Shown here: positions 27,422-36,910 of the stretch, piece by piece
Numbering within the stretch: position 1 is the stretch's first letter
Layout of the letters: every line of letters begins with the position of its first letter
NCBI GenBank assembly: GCA_049318005.1
Contig: JBMOHE010000003.1
Span: 5,183-69,182, forward strand
Source of the DNA: Patescibacteria group bacterium
GTDB lineage: Bacteria > Patescibacteriota > Patescibacteriia > Patescibacteriales > UBA12465
Length of the DNA: 64,000 nt
Reading direction: 5' to 3'
Program-made: the position numbers and the translations under genes
The notes under the pieces: generated by a model
The model's input: the letters and a program-made list of their open reading frames with translations, nothing else
The model's database searches: none
Told to the model about the DNA's origin: nothing

Positions 27422-28687
27422 ATGAATAACTATAAAAAGTCATTTTTGCCAAATAAAGTGCCACTATTTACCATTCCGATTAAAGGAGCGAAAGTAACCA
27501 CGGTTTTGGTAATGTTCAAAACTGGTTCTAAATATGAAACTAGAGAAAATAATGGAATTTCTCATTTTTTAGAGCATATGTTTTTTAAAGGAACTAAGAA
27601 TCGTCTCGATACATTAGCTCTTTCTAGTGAAATAGACTCTTTGGGCGGAGAATATAATGCCTTTACTTCTAAAGAGTTCACTGGCTACTGGTTTAAAGTT
27701 ACTAGCAATAAATTGCCAAAGGTTTTTAATATTTTAAGTGACATGCTGTTCAATTCGAAGTTTGAAGCTGATGAAATAGAAAGAGAGAAGGGGGTAATTA
27801 TTGAAGAACTTAATATGTACGAAGATAATCCTCGCATGCATATTGAAGATGTTTTTGAGCAATGTCTTTATGGCGATGCTCCGGCTGGCTGGGAAACCAT
27901 AGGTACTAAAGAGAATATTAGAAGATTCAAGCGAGAAGATTTCATTAAATACTTTGAAGCGCAATATGGAGCTAAAAGTGCTCATATAATTGTTGCTGGA
28001 GCAGTTAAGCCAAGCGATAAAAAAATGATTACTAAGTTTTTTAGTGGTTTTGGTAATCATCAATATAGAATTAAGCCGGCTGTAGTTGAAAAACAAAAGA
28101 CCCCAGAGATTAAAGTTTTTCCAAAAAAGACTGATCAATTATTCTTATCATTAGGCGTTAGAACTGTGAAAATAGATCATGCTGATGAATTTAAACTAAA
28201 ATTACTTTCAATAATTTTAGGAGGTTCTATGAGTTCTCGTTTATTTATTAGTTTAAGAGAGAGAAATAGCTTGGCTTACTTTGTTATGAGTACTACAGAA
28301 TTTTATTCTGATTCCGGATATTTGACTACCGAAGCTGGCGTTCCAATTGAGAAGATTAATGAAGCGGTAAAAATTATTTTAAATGAATATAAAAAAATAT
28401 CAGAAGAATTAATTCCCGAGAAGGAACTTAAAAAAGCTAAAGATATTCTGCAAGGTAAAGTTGCTCTCCAAATGGAAGCTAGTGATAACCTAGCCAATTG
28501 GTACGCGCAGCAGGCTATTTATAGAAAGAAGCCAGTTACACCAGGCGATTTAGTTAAAAAAATAAAAAAAATAAGCTCTTCTGAGCTTAGAGAAATTGCT
28601 AAAAAATATTTTGTAAATAAAGGATTAAATTTAGCGATCATAGGTTCTGTCGATGAGAAAAAAATTAAACCAATTCTTAAATTTTAA
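27422..28687 (+). CDS. M16-family (pitrilysin-like) zinc peptidase
   Basis: Inverted zinc motif HFLEHMFFKGT (HxxEH). Confidence 0.85.
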   Translation: MNNYKKSFLPNKVPLFTIPIKGAKVTTVLVMFKTGSKYETRENNGISHFLEHMFFKGTKNRLDTLALSSEIDSLGGEYNAFTSKEFTGYWFKVTSNKLPKVFNILSDMLFNSKFEADEIEREKGVIIEELNMYEDNPRMHIEDVFEQCLYGDAPAGWETIGTKENIRRFKREDFIKYFEAQYGAKSAHIIVAGAVKPSDKKMITKFFSGFGNHQYRIKPAVVEKQKTPEIKVFPKKTDQLFLSLGVRTVKIDHADEFKLKLLSIILGGSMSSRLFISLRERNSLAYFVMSTTEFYSDSGYLTTEAGVPIEKINEAVKIILNEYKKISEELIPEKELKKAKDILQGKVALQMEASDNLANWYAQQAIYRKKPVTPGDLVKKIKKISSSELREIAKKYFVNKGLNLAIIGSVDEKKIKPILKF

Positions 28688-28701
28688 TAATAAGATTTAA
28701 A

Positions 28702-31700
28702 ATGAAATCAGAATTACTCGCCAAATTAAATAAAGCGCAAAAAGAAGCTGTCACTCATGACGAGGGACCGCTTTTGATTGTCGCTGGGGCCGGTACAGGG
28801 AAGACGACAGTTTTAATTAACCGCCTGGCCTATTTAATTATGGAGAAAAAGGTCCCTAGCGATGAGATTCTTTTATTAACCTTTACTGAGAAAGCGGCTG
28901 GCGAGATGGAGGAAAGGTCTGATAAGATTTTGCCCTATGGTTATACTGATTTATGGATTAATACTTTTCATGGCTTTGGTGAAAGATTGCTTCGTGAACA
29001 CGCGTTAGACGTCGGTTTAAGTGCTAACTTCAAACTATTAACCGCGACCGAACAATGGGTTTTAATTAAGAAAAATTTGGAGCGTTTTAATCTTGATTAT
29101 TACAAACCGCTTGGCAACCCAACTAAGTTTATTTCGGAATTAATAAGACATTTTTCAAGGTTAAATGATGAAAATATTTTAGTTGATGAATATCTTGAGT
29201 ATGCTAATAATTTAAAAGAGACTGACGAGGGGAATGCAGACGAAGACGATGAGGACGGAAGTATGGGCCTAGATAATGTTCGTGTTAAAGAATTAGCTAG
29301 CGCTTATGAAATATATAAACAGCTACTTCTTGAAAATAACTATTTAGATTTTGGTGATTTAATTGTTTATACAATTAAACTTTTTAAAGAACGACCAAAT
29401 ATTTTAAAATATTACCGATCTAAATTCAAATATTTGATGGTTGATGAGTTTCAGGATACTAATTTAGCACAGTATGAATTAGTAAAATTATTAGCAGCGC
29501 CAAAAAATAATTTAGTTGTTGTAGGAGACGATGATCAGGCGATTTATAAATTCCGTGGTGCTTCAATTTCTAATATCATGCAGTTTAAGGATGATTTTAA
29601 AGGAACCAAGGAATTAGTTTTAACAGAGAATTATCGCTCTCGTCAGGAAATTTTAGATCATGCTTATAAGTTTATTCAAAACAATAATCCTAATCGTCTT
29701 GAAGATAAATTAAAAATTGATAAACGTTTGATCGCCAAGGGTGATGTTAATAAAAAAGCAAAAAAAGAAGCGGCTTTAAAATTTTATAATTTTGAAACGG
29801 CTGCTGATGAAGTTGCCTTTGTTGCTCAGAAAATAGCCGAAACCTATGAGAAAAACCAAGAGAAGGGCGAAGAGGCTTTATGGTCAGATTTTGCGATTTT
29901 AGTAAGAGCTAACGAAACTGCCGATGCTTATGTCAAAGAGTTGAATCGCTATAATATTCCCAATCAGTTTATGTCTTGGCGCGGTTTATATTATAAGCCT
30001 TTAATTTTAGATATTTTGGCATATTTGCGACTTCTTGATAACTACCATGAATCAGCTGCTCTATTTAGGGTTTTGAATATGGAAATTTTTAAAGTTTCCC
30101 ATTTAGATCTTGTAACTATTAATAAAATGGCCGCGCGTAAAGTTTGGTCTTTATACGAAGCTTTATATAATATTGATAAAATTCCTGATATTAGCGAAGA
30201 GAGTTATAAAAATATTAAAAAACTATTAGATTTAATAGCTAGGCATTCGCTCATGGTCGCTACTCAAAAACCAACGAAGATATTTTTAACTTTTGCTTAT
30301 GAATCAGGTCTTCTTGAGGGCTTTGATCATGACAGAGATTTGGAACTGTATTCATATTTAAATCAGTTATATCAGAAAATAAAGCGCTTAGAAGAAAGTG
30401 AGCCCGACTTAAGACTAAAAGATTTTTTAAGTATTATAAATTTAGAATTAGAAGCGGGTGAAACTGGATCATTAAAATTAGATTTTGCCGATAATGAAAC
30501 GGTAAAGATTATGACCGTCCACGGGTCTAAGGGCTTAGAGTTTAAATATGTTTTTATTGTTAATTTGGTTGATAAAAAATTTCCGACTATTGCTAGGGGA
30601 GAAAAAATATCCTTGCCTGATGCTTTAGTTAAGGAAAAAATTATTGGTAGTTCTGATTTTCACTTAGAAGAAGAGCGCCGTTTGTTTTATGTAGCGGCGA
30701 CTCGTGCTAAAGAAGAGTTATATTTAAGTGGCGCTAAAGATTACGGCGGCGTTAGAGAGAAAAAACCATCTCGTTTTATAAGTGAGATGGAGCTTACTAG
30801 CTCAATCTTGCCAGAATTAAAACTTTCGCAAAAAAATGAGTTTTTACGCGATCTCCATTATTTAAATTCGCGTGAAATAGTTGCGAGCAGCGAAAAGATG
30901 GCCGCTGAAAAATACCCTCTTCCGGAAAAATTTTCATTTTCGCAGTTAGCGGCTTTCTCAACTTGTCCGCTGCAGTATAAATTTGCTTTTGTTCTAAAGA
31001 TTCCTGCCTCGACCGATAAATCTAGTTTAATTTTTGGTCGCGTACTTCATAATACTTTATATAATTTTTTATTACCGGTTTTAAGTGAGCGCCAGAAAAT
31101 GGAAGGTACTTTATTTGGGGATTCAGAAAGCGGAGAGAGTAAGAAAAAAATTTCACAGTATTTAAATGAAAAAAGACTCTTAGAAATTTACGAAGAATTT
31201 TGGGTAGCTGATGGTTATGACACAAAAAAAGAAAGAGACGACTATAAAAAGAAAGGAATAGATGCTTTACATAAATTTTGGGCCGCGTATAGTGCTAATC
31301 CGCCTAAAGAAATTTTCTTTTTAGAAAAAAAGTTTTCTTTTAAGATTGAAGGCGATATTATTAAAGGCGCGATTGATAGAATTGATAAACATGCTGATGG
31401 TAGTTTAGAAATTATTGATTATAAGACCGGAAAAACAAAAATAAAATTAGCTTATAGTGAAAAACGCCAGTTAATTCTTTATCAACTGTTTATTGAAGAA
31501 TTTTTGCGAGTGAAAGTTAGTGCTTTAAGTTATTATTATTTAGAAAGTGGTGAGAAGTTTACATTCACTGCGACCGCTAAAGATATAACTAAATTGAAAT
31601 TAGAAGTTAGAGATGAGATTGCGGCAATTAAAAAACGCGATTTTACGCCAACCCCATCACCTATGTGTGGCTTCTGCGATTTTAATTCAATTTGCGAATT

Positions 31701-31713
31701 TAAACAGCGTTAG
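28702..31713 (+). CDS. UvrD/PcrA-type superfamily 1 helicase fused to a C-terminal PD-(D/E)XK Cas4/AddB-like nuclease
   Basis: Walker A GAGTGKTT, DEFQDT, and VGDDDQAIYKFRGA. The C-terminus has CPLQYKF...DRID...IIDYKTGK...CGFCDFNSIC, which is a nuclease motif plus a 4-Cys cluster. Confidence 0.85.
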   Translation: MKSELLAKLNKAQKEAVTHDEGPLLIVAGAGTGKTTVLINRLAYLIMEKKVPSDEILLLTFTEKAAGEMEERSDKILPYGYTDLWINTFHGFGERLLREHALDVGLSANFKLLTATEQWVLIKKNLERFNLDYYKPLGNPTKFISELIRHFSRLNDENILVDEYLEYANNLKETDEGNADEDDEDGSMGLDNVRVKELASAYEIYKQLLLENNYLDFGDLIVYTIKLFKERPNILKYYRSKFKYLMVDEFQDTNLAQYELVKLLAAPKNNLVVVGDDDQAIYKFRGASISNIMQFKDDFKGTKELVLTENYRSRQEILDHAYKFIQNNNPNRLEDKLKIDKRLIAKGDVNKKAKKEAALKFYNFETAADEVAFVAQKIAETYEKNQEKGEEALWSDFAILVRANETADAYVKELNRYNIPNQFMSWRGLYYKPLILDILAYLRLLDNYHESAALFRVLNMEIFKVSHLDLVTINKMAARKVWSLYEALYNIDKIPDISEESYKNIKKLLDLIARHSLMVATQKPTKIFLTFAYESGLLEGFDHDRDLELYSYLNQLYQKIKRLEESEPDLRLKDFLSIINLELEAGETGSLKLDFADNETVKIMTVHGSKGLEFKYVFIVNLVDKKFPTIARGEKISLPDALVKEKIIGSSDFHLEEERRLFYVAATRAKEELYLSGAKDYGGVREKKPSRFISEMELTSSILPELKLSQKNEFLRDLHYLNSREIVASSEKMAAEKYPLPEKFSFSQLAAFSTCPLQYKFAFVLKIPASTDKSSLIFGRVLHNTLYNFLLPVLSERQKMEGTLFGDSESGESKKKISQYLNEKRLLEIYEEFWVADGYDTKKERDDYKKKGIDALHKFWAAYSANPPKEIFFLEKKFSFKIEGDIIKGAIDRIDKHADGSLEIIDYKTGKTKIKLAYSEKRQLILYQLFIEEFLRVKVSALSYYYLESGEKFTFTATAKDITKLKLEVRDEIAAIKKRDFTPTPSPMCGFCDFNSICEFKQR

Positions 31714-31728
31714 ATAAACTAAATATAT

Positions 31729-32748
31729 ATGGATACAAACGATAGATTAATTAGTCCGATTGAAAGACGTGGCGATGAGCAACTTGATTTGTCTTTGCGC
31801 CCAAAAACTTTAGGTGAATATATAGGACAAGAGAAAATTAAAGCTAATTTAGAAATAACGATTGCGGCTGCTAAAAAAAGAAATGAGCCGATTGAGCATG
31901 TTTTATTATATGGAGCTCCTGGACTCGGAAAAACTACTTTAGCTCACGTTATCGCCAATGAAATCGGGGCTAATATTAGAATTACTTCTGGCCCAGCGAT
32001 TGAAAAGAGCGGCGATTTAGCGGCGATTTTAACCAATCTTGAAGCGGGCGATATTTTATTTATTGATGAAATTCATAGACTTCATAAAACAATTGAGGAA
32101 ATTTTATACCCAGCCATGGAAGATTATGCTCTTGATATTGTTATGGGCAAAGGGCCAAGTGCGAGAACTTTACGTTTAGATTTACCGAAGTTTACTATTA
32201 TTGGGGCAACTACTTTAGCAAGTTTATTATCAGCTCCTCTTCGTGATCGTTTTGGTATTACGCATCATTTAAATTTTTATGAAACTGGAGATATTGAAAG
32301 AATTATTAAGCGTAGTGCAAAAATTTTGGGAGTAGAAATTGATGATGATGCTAAAAATGCGATTGCAACTCGTAGTCGCCGCACCCCTCGTATAGCAAAT
32401 AGATTATTAAAACGCGTTCGTGATTATTGTGACGTTAAAGGGGACGGAAAAATAAGTTTGAAAGATTGTTTAGAGGCTTTTAATATGCTTGAAGTTGACG
32501 AACTGGGGCTCGATTTAATCGACAGAAGAATACTTGAAACAATCGCTAATAAATTTAAAGGTGGACCAGTTGGTTTAAATACACTCGCTGCATCAACGGG
32601 TGAAGAAATGGATACAATCGAAAACATGTATGAGCCATATTTAATGCAACTCGGATTTTTAGATAGATCACCGCGCGGTAGAATTATTACTCACTTGGGT
32701 TATGAGCATTTAGGCTTGAAAGTTCCGGGAGCGGATAAGTTATTATAA
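31729..32748 (+). CDS. ruvB: Holliday junction branch migration ATPase RuvB
   Basis: [21 protein letters not shown] and [15 protein letters not shown]. Confidence 0.92.
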   Translation: MDTNDRLISPIERRGDEQLDLSLRPKTLGEYIGQEKIKANLEITIAAAKKRNEPIEHVLLYGAPGLGKTTLAHVIANEIGANIRITSGPAIEKSGDLAAILTNLEAGDILFIDEIHRLHKTIEEILYPAMEDYALDIVMGKGPSARTLRLDLPKFTIIGATTLASLLSAPLRDRFGITHHLNFYETGDIERIIKRSAKILGVEIDDDAKNAIATRSRRTPRIANRLLKRVRDYCDVKGDGKISLKDCLEAFNMLEVDELGLDLIDRRILETIANKFKGGPVGLNTLAASTGEEMDTIENMYEPYLMQLGFLDRSPRGRIITHLGYEHLGLKVPGADKLL

Positions 32749-32753
32749 ATATA

Positions 32754-33371
32754 ATGAATTATAAAAATATAATTGGGATTTTAGCCGCCGTTATCGGTTT
32801 TATTGGTTATATACCATATTTCAGGGATATACTTTTGAAGAAGACTAAACCGCATTTATTCTCGTGGTTTATTTGGACCTTAATTAGCGGTATCGCTTTT
32901 TTTGCTCAGATGAATGAAGGAGCGGGCTCAGGAGCCTGGGTTGTTGGCTTAAGTTCAATTATCTGTTTTTCAATTGGCGTTCTCGCTCTTTTTCAAGGAG
33001 AAAGAAAAATAACTACCCCAGATTGGATAGCTTTGTCGGGGGCAATAATTGGCTTAACGTTATGGCAGGTAACTAGTAATCCTCTATTAGCAATTATTTT
33101 TGTAACTATCGCCGATGCCCTCGCTTTTATTCCATCTTTTAGAAAAGCTTATTATAAGCCGTATGAGGAAACGCAAATAACATGGTTAGTGTCTTCCTTT
33201 AAATTTATTCTTGCTCTTATCGCTACCGAATCCTACGGCTTAACGACTGTTTTGTATCCGCTATCCCTTGTTTTAACAAATGGTGGTTTTCTAGTAATGC
33301 TTTTAATACGTCGCAAAATTTTGAGCAAAGCTCAGATTAAAGAAGTCCCAGGAGTAGGTAAATTACTATAA
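32754..33371 (+). CDS. Polytopic membrane protein, unknown function
   Basis: About 6 hydrophobic helices. No motif recognised. Confidence 0.55.
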   Translation: MNYKNIIGILAAVIGFIGYIPYFRDILLKKTKPHLFSWFIWTLISGIAFFAQMNEGAGSGAWVVGLSSIICFSIGVLALFQGERKITTPDWIALSGAIIGLTLWQVTSNPLLAIIFVTIADALAFIPSFRKAYYKPYEETQITWLVSSFKFILALIATESYGLTTVLYPLSLVLTNGGFLVMLLIRRKILSKAQIKEVPGVGKLL

Positions 33372-33442
33372 ATAATTTTTTTCAAAGAAATTTTAAATCC
33401 AGGTTTTGCGAAGCAAAACAAACATTGAAACATAGGGCATGA

Positions 33443-33488
33443 GCCATAGATACTATTTTTTAAGAATTTAAAAAATAGTATCTATGGC
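33443..33488. repeat. Perfect 19-bp inverted repeat (hairpin) upstream of queA
   Basis: gccatagatactatttttt, an 8-nt loop, then aaaaaatagtatctatggc. A second small hairpin gttttgc-gaa-gcaaaac lies at 33403-33419. Confidence 0.8.
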
Positions 33489-33503
33489 GAATCCAGTTTA
33501 CAT

Positions 33504-34556
33504 ATGACAACGCTAGTCTCCGATTTTGATTACAACTTACCATCCGAGCTAATTGCTCAAAAACCAGTTAGACCGCGAGACCACTCGCGGCTTTTATTGT
33601 TAAATAAAAAAACAGGAGAAATAAATCATCAGCATTTTTACAATATTATAGACTATCTTAAGAAGGGTGACCTATTAGTTTTAAATAACTCCAAAGTTTT
33701 TCCAGCCCGTCTTCACGGATACAAGAAAGAAACTGGTGGTGCAATAGAAATTTTTCTTCACAAAAAATTGTTGGAAAATAATTGGGAGTGTCTGCTAAAA
33801 GGGAAGGTAAAAGAAGGATTAATAATCACTTTAACTAAAAATTTAGAAGCTGAAGTTAACAAAAATAATAATGACGGTACCTGGCAAGTTGCTTTTAGTT
33901 TAAGTGGCGAAAAATTTTGGTCGGCTATTAATAAAATTGGCGAAGTTCCTTTGCCACCTTATATAAAACGTGAAACTCAAAAAGCGAGCGATAAAAATAA
34001 TTATCAAACCGTTTTTGCAGCTAAAAATAAAGTTGGTTCCGCCGCCGCTCCTACCGCCGGCTTGCACATGACTAATAGTCTTTTAAAGAAAATTAAGGCT
34101 AAGGGCGTAAAAGTAGTAGAGTTAACTTTGCATGTTGGTATGGGAACTTTCGCTCCGATGAAAACGGAGAAAATTTCTGAGCATATTATGCATAGTGAGT
34201 TCGTGGAAATTAGTGCTGAAACCTTAAAAGCGGTTCTCGATACCAAAAAAAATCATGGTCGTGTAATTCCAGTAGGAACTACGAGTTGTCGTTCCTTGGA
34301 GTCAGTTGACTGGAAAAAGATAATTAGAAATAAAAAAGTAGCTCCCGAATCTTTTTGGACAGATATCTTTATTCATCCTGGCTATAAATTTAAGGTGGTT
34401 AACGCTTTAATTACTAACTTTCACTTACCAAAATCAACTCTATTAATGTTAGTTAGTTCTTTGGCGGGAGAAGTAAGCATAAAAAAAGCCTATTTAGACG
34501 CTGTAAATCACAAATATCGCTTCTTCAGTTATGGCGACGCGATGTTTATTTATTAA
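33504..34556 (+). CDS. queA: S-adenosylmethionine:tRNA ribosyltransferase-isomerase
   Basis: FDYNLPSELIAQ, LPPYIKR and AAPTAGLHMT. Confidence 0.9.
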   Translation: MTTLVSDFDYNLPSELIAQKPVRPRDHSRLLLLNKKTGEINHQHFYNIIDYLKKGDLLVLNNSKVFPARLHGYKKETGGAIEIFLHKKLLENNWECLLKGKVKEGLIITLTKNLEAEVNKNNNDGTWQVAFSLSGEKFWSAINKIGEVPLPPYIKRETQKASDKNNYQTVFAAKNKVGSAAAPTAGLHMTNSLLKKIKAKGVKVVELTLHVGMGTFAPMKTEKISEHIMHSEFVEISAETLKAVLDTKKNHGRVIPVGTTSCRSLESVDWKKIIRNKKVAPESFWTDIFIHPGYKFKVVNALITNFHLPKSTLLMLVSSLAGEVSIKKAYLDAVNHKYRFFSYGDAMFIY

Positions 34557-34576
34557 AATTAGCCAAAAAGCCCGAT

Positions 34577-34605
34577 TTGATTTTTTTGATTTTTTCTGTT
34601 ATACT
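34577..34605 (+). promoter_or_regulatory. Putative promoter of lepB
   Basis: TTGATT, a 17-nt spacer, then TATACT. Confidence 0.35.
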
Positions 34606-34664
34606 TCGAATAATTGTTGTCTATTTTATTATTATCTTAATTTTTCTTGGAAAAATAAAAGTTT

Positions 34665-35240
34665 ATGAAGAAGTTTTTTCTTTTTGTTTGGGAAATTCTA
34701 AAAGTTGGCTTAGTTTCGGCAGCGATTATAATTCCAATCCGTTATTTTTTAATCCAACCATTTTTTGTTAAGGGAGCTTCAATGGAGCCAAATTTTCATG
34801 ATAAAGAATATTTAATTATTGACGAGCTAACTTATAGACTCGAGACTCCTATTAGAGGGCAAGTTGTCGTTTTCCGTTATCCTCGTAATCCTCAAGAATA
34901 TTTTATTAAACGTATAATTGCTTTACCAGGAGAGGAGGTCCAATTAAAGGATGGTAAAGTAACCATTTTTAATTCTAATCATCCTAAGGGATTAACTTTA
35001 GAAGAAAAATATTTGCCTAAAGATTTAGCTACCTACCCAGTTAATCAAGATGAGGCGAAAGTTGTAGTTGGGCCTGATGAATATTATGTTTTAGGTGATA
35101 ATCGTAACGCCTCCAAAGATTCGAGATTTTTTGGGGTTGTAAATAAAAGTTTTTTAATTGGTAAAGTTTTATTTCGTGGATGGCCCTTTAACGAAGTAAC
35201 GGTTTTTAATAAATCTTATTGGCCACAATATAATAATTAA
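34665..35240 (+). CDS. lepB: Signal peptidase I
   Basis: N-terminal TM, catalytic Ser box GASMEPN, Lys box KRIIALPGE, and GDNRNASKDSR. Confidence 0.85.
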   Translation: MKKFFLFVWEILKVGLVSAAIIIPIRYFLIQPFFVKGASMEPNFHDKEYLIIDELTYRLETPIRGQVVVFRYPRNPQEYFIKRIIALPGEEVQLKDGKVTIFNSNHPKGLTLEEKYLPKDLATYPVNQDEAKVVVGPDEYYVLGDNRNASKDSRFFGVVNKSFLIGKVLFRGWPFNEVTVFNKSYWPQYNN

Positions 35241-35245
35241 TTTCT

Positions 35246-36634
35246 ATGCCTAGACACAAAAAAGTATTGCCAGAAATAAACTTAAAAAAGTCCGAAGATA
35301 AAGCTGAGAAAAAAACTCCTCGTCTTTTAGGAATGAAGGATATTGTTGGCTCAGAACAAATTTGTTATGACTACGTTGTTAATAAAGCTTTAAATTTAGC
35401 TAAGTTATATAGTTTTTCTTCAATAAAGACGCCTATTTTAGAGAGTTTTTCCTTATATAAGAAATCGACTCGTCGAAATAATGATAAAGAATTTTATTTT
35501 GTCGAGGCGGAAAAAAATGAAAAAAATATTTTACGTCCGGAATTAACTCAAGGTATAGTTCGCGCTTATATTGAAAATAATTTAGGAGAAAGCGGCTTAC
35601 CGGCTCGTTTATATTCTTTGGGTTCTGTCTTTCGCCATGAAAAATTACAGTCTGGACGTTATCGTGAGTCAACTCAATTTGATTTAGAAATTATTGGTGA
35701 AAAAAAAGCGATGGCGGAGGCAATTTTAATTACTATTGCTCATAATTTCTTTGAGGAATTAAATATCGGAACCCAGCTCCAGATTAATAGCATTGGTTCA
35801 GCTGAATGTCGTAAAGAATATTGTAATAAATTAACTGCTTTTTTTAAGGAGAGAGGTCGTCGTTCAAAACTATGCAATTCATGTAAAAATAATTTAGGCA
35901 AAACTTGTTTGAGTTTACTTGATTGCAAAGAAGATGCTTGTGTTAAGTTGCGTGAGGAGGCTCCGCAGATTGCTGATTATTTATCCGATGAGAGCCGAGA
36001 ACATTTTACTAGAACTTTAGAATTTTTAGATGAATTAAACATCACTTATAATTTTAACCCATATTTAGTGCGCGGTTTGAATTATTATAATGATACTATT
36101 TTTGAATTTTGGCCGACTAATGAAGACGGAACATCCCAGGGTAAATTAGCTCTTGGCGGTGGTGGTCGCTATGATTCTTTAGTAGAAGGACTTGGCGGCG
36201 CTTCAGTTCCGGCCGTTGGTTTAGCTCTTGGTATTGAAAGAACTGTCTCACGCCTAAAAGATAAGCACCTTTTGACAAATCCAGAAGAAGACGATATAGT
36301 ATTCATTGCCCAGTTAGGTGATCAAGCTAAATTAAAGGCTTTGCAGCTATTCCAAGAACTAAGACGAGCTGGATTTAATGTTCGTCAGTCATTTGCTTCA
36401 GATAGCTTAAAAGTTCAGCTTGAGGAAGCAGTTCTCATGAAAGCGAAAACTGCTTTAATATTAGGTAAAAAAGAGATAATGGACGGAACTATATTAATGA
36501 GAGAAATGGACTCTAGTGCTCAAGAAACAGTAGTTTATAAGAAAATTAAGGAGCGTTTAGCTAAAAAAGATAAATTAGTCGAAAAGAAATTAAATAATAA
36601 TAGAAAGGAAGGAGGGTTATATGGCGGATTTTAA
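35246..36634 (+). CDS. hisS: Histidine--tRNA ligase
   Basis: RPELTQGIVRAY, FRHEKLQSGRYRESTQFDLEIIG and GGGGRYDSLV...AVGLALGIER. Confidence 0.85.
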   Translation: MPRHKKVLPEINLKKSEDKAEKKTPRLLGMKDIVGSEQICYDYVVNKALNLAKLYSFSSIKTPILESFSLYKKSTRRNNDKEFYFVEAEKNEKNILRPELTQGIVRAYIENNLGESGLPARLYSLGSVFRHEKLQSGRYRESTQFDLEIIGEKKAMAEAILITIAHNFFEELNIGTQLQINSIGSAECRKEYCNKLTAFFKERGRRSKLCNSCKNNLGKTCLSLLDCKEDACVKLREEAPQIADYLSDESREHFTRTLEFLDELNITYNFNPYLVRGLNYYNDTIFEFWPTNEDGTSQGKLALGGGGRYDSLVEGLGGASVPAVGLALGIERTVSRLKDKHLLTNPEEDDIVFIAQLGDQAKLKALQLFQELRRAGFNVRQSFASDSLKVQLEEAVLMKAKTALILGKKEIMDGTILMREMDSSAQETVVYKKIKERLAKKDKLVEKKLNNNRKEGGLYGGF

Positions 36635-36854
36635 AAGAAAGCCTGGTGAAAGTTTCGAAAGTTTTTTACGAAAATTCAAAAAGGGCCTAAAAAACAGCAA
36701 AAGACTCGAAAAAGCTAGATCAAAGCAACATCTTGAATCGAAGCACACAAAACGTCTTCAGAAAAAGTATGCTTTAACTAGTTTGGCTTTGAGTAAGAAA
36801 AATGAACATTTGCGACGTATCGGTAAATTACCGGAGAGCACAATGAGAGCATAA
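36621..36854 (+). CDS. rpsU: 30S ribosomal protein S21
   Basis: A small, very basic protein. GESFESFLRKFKK...KHTKRLQKK fits the S21 pattern. It overlaps hisS by 14 nt. Confidence 0.6.
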   Translation: MADFKRKPGESFESFLRKFKKGLKNSKRLEKARSKQHLESKHTKRLQKKYALTSLALSKKNEHLRRIGKLPESTMRA

Positions 36855-36875
36855 TTAAAAAATTGTTCGTATATA

Positions 36876-36903
36876 AAAATCCTCCTAAATTAGGAGGATT
36901 TTT
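36876..36903. terminator. Bidirectional terminator between rpsU (+) and rel (-)
   Basis: aaaatcctcct-aaatt-aggaggatttt. Confidence 0.75.
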
Positions 36904-36910
36904 GTTTAGT

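Noticed and set aside
34577-34771. A 64-aa ORF upstream of and overlapping lepB.
   Set aside because: It starts at a TTG that coincides with a -35-like TTGATT box and is out of frame with, and overlapping, the lepB start. It is more parsimoniously promoter/5' UTR sequence.
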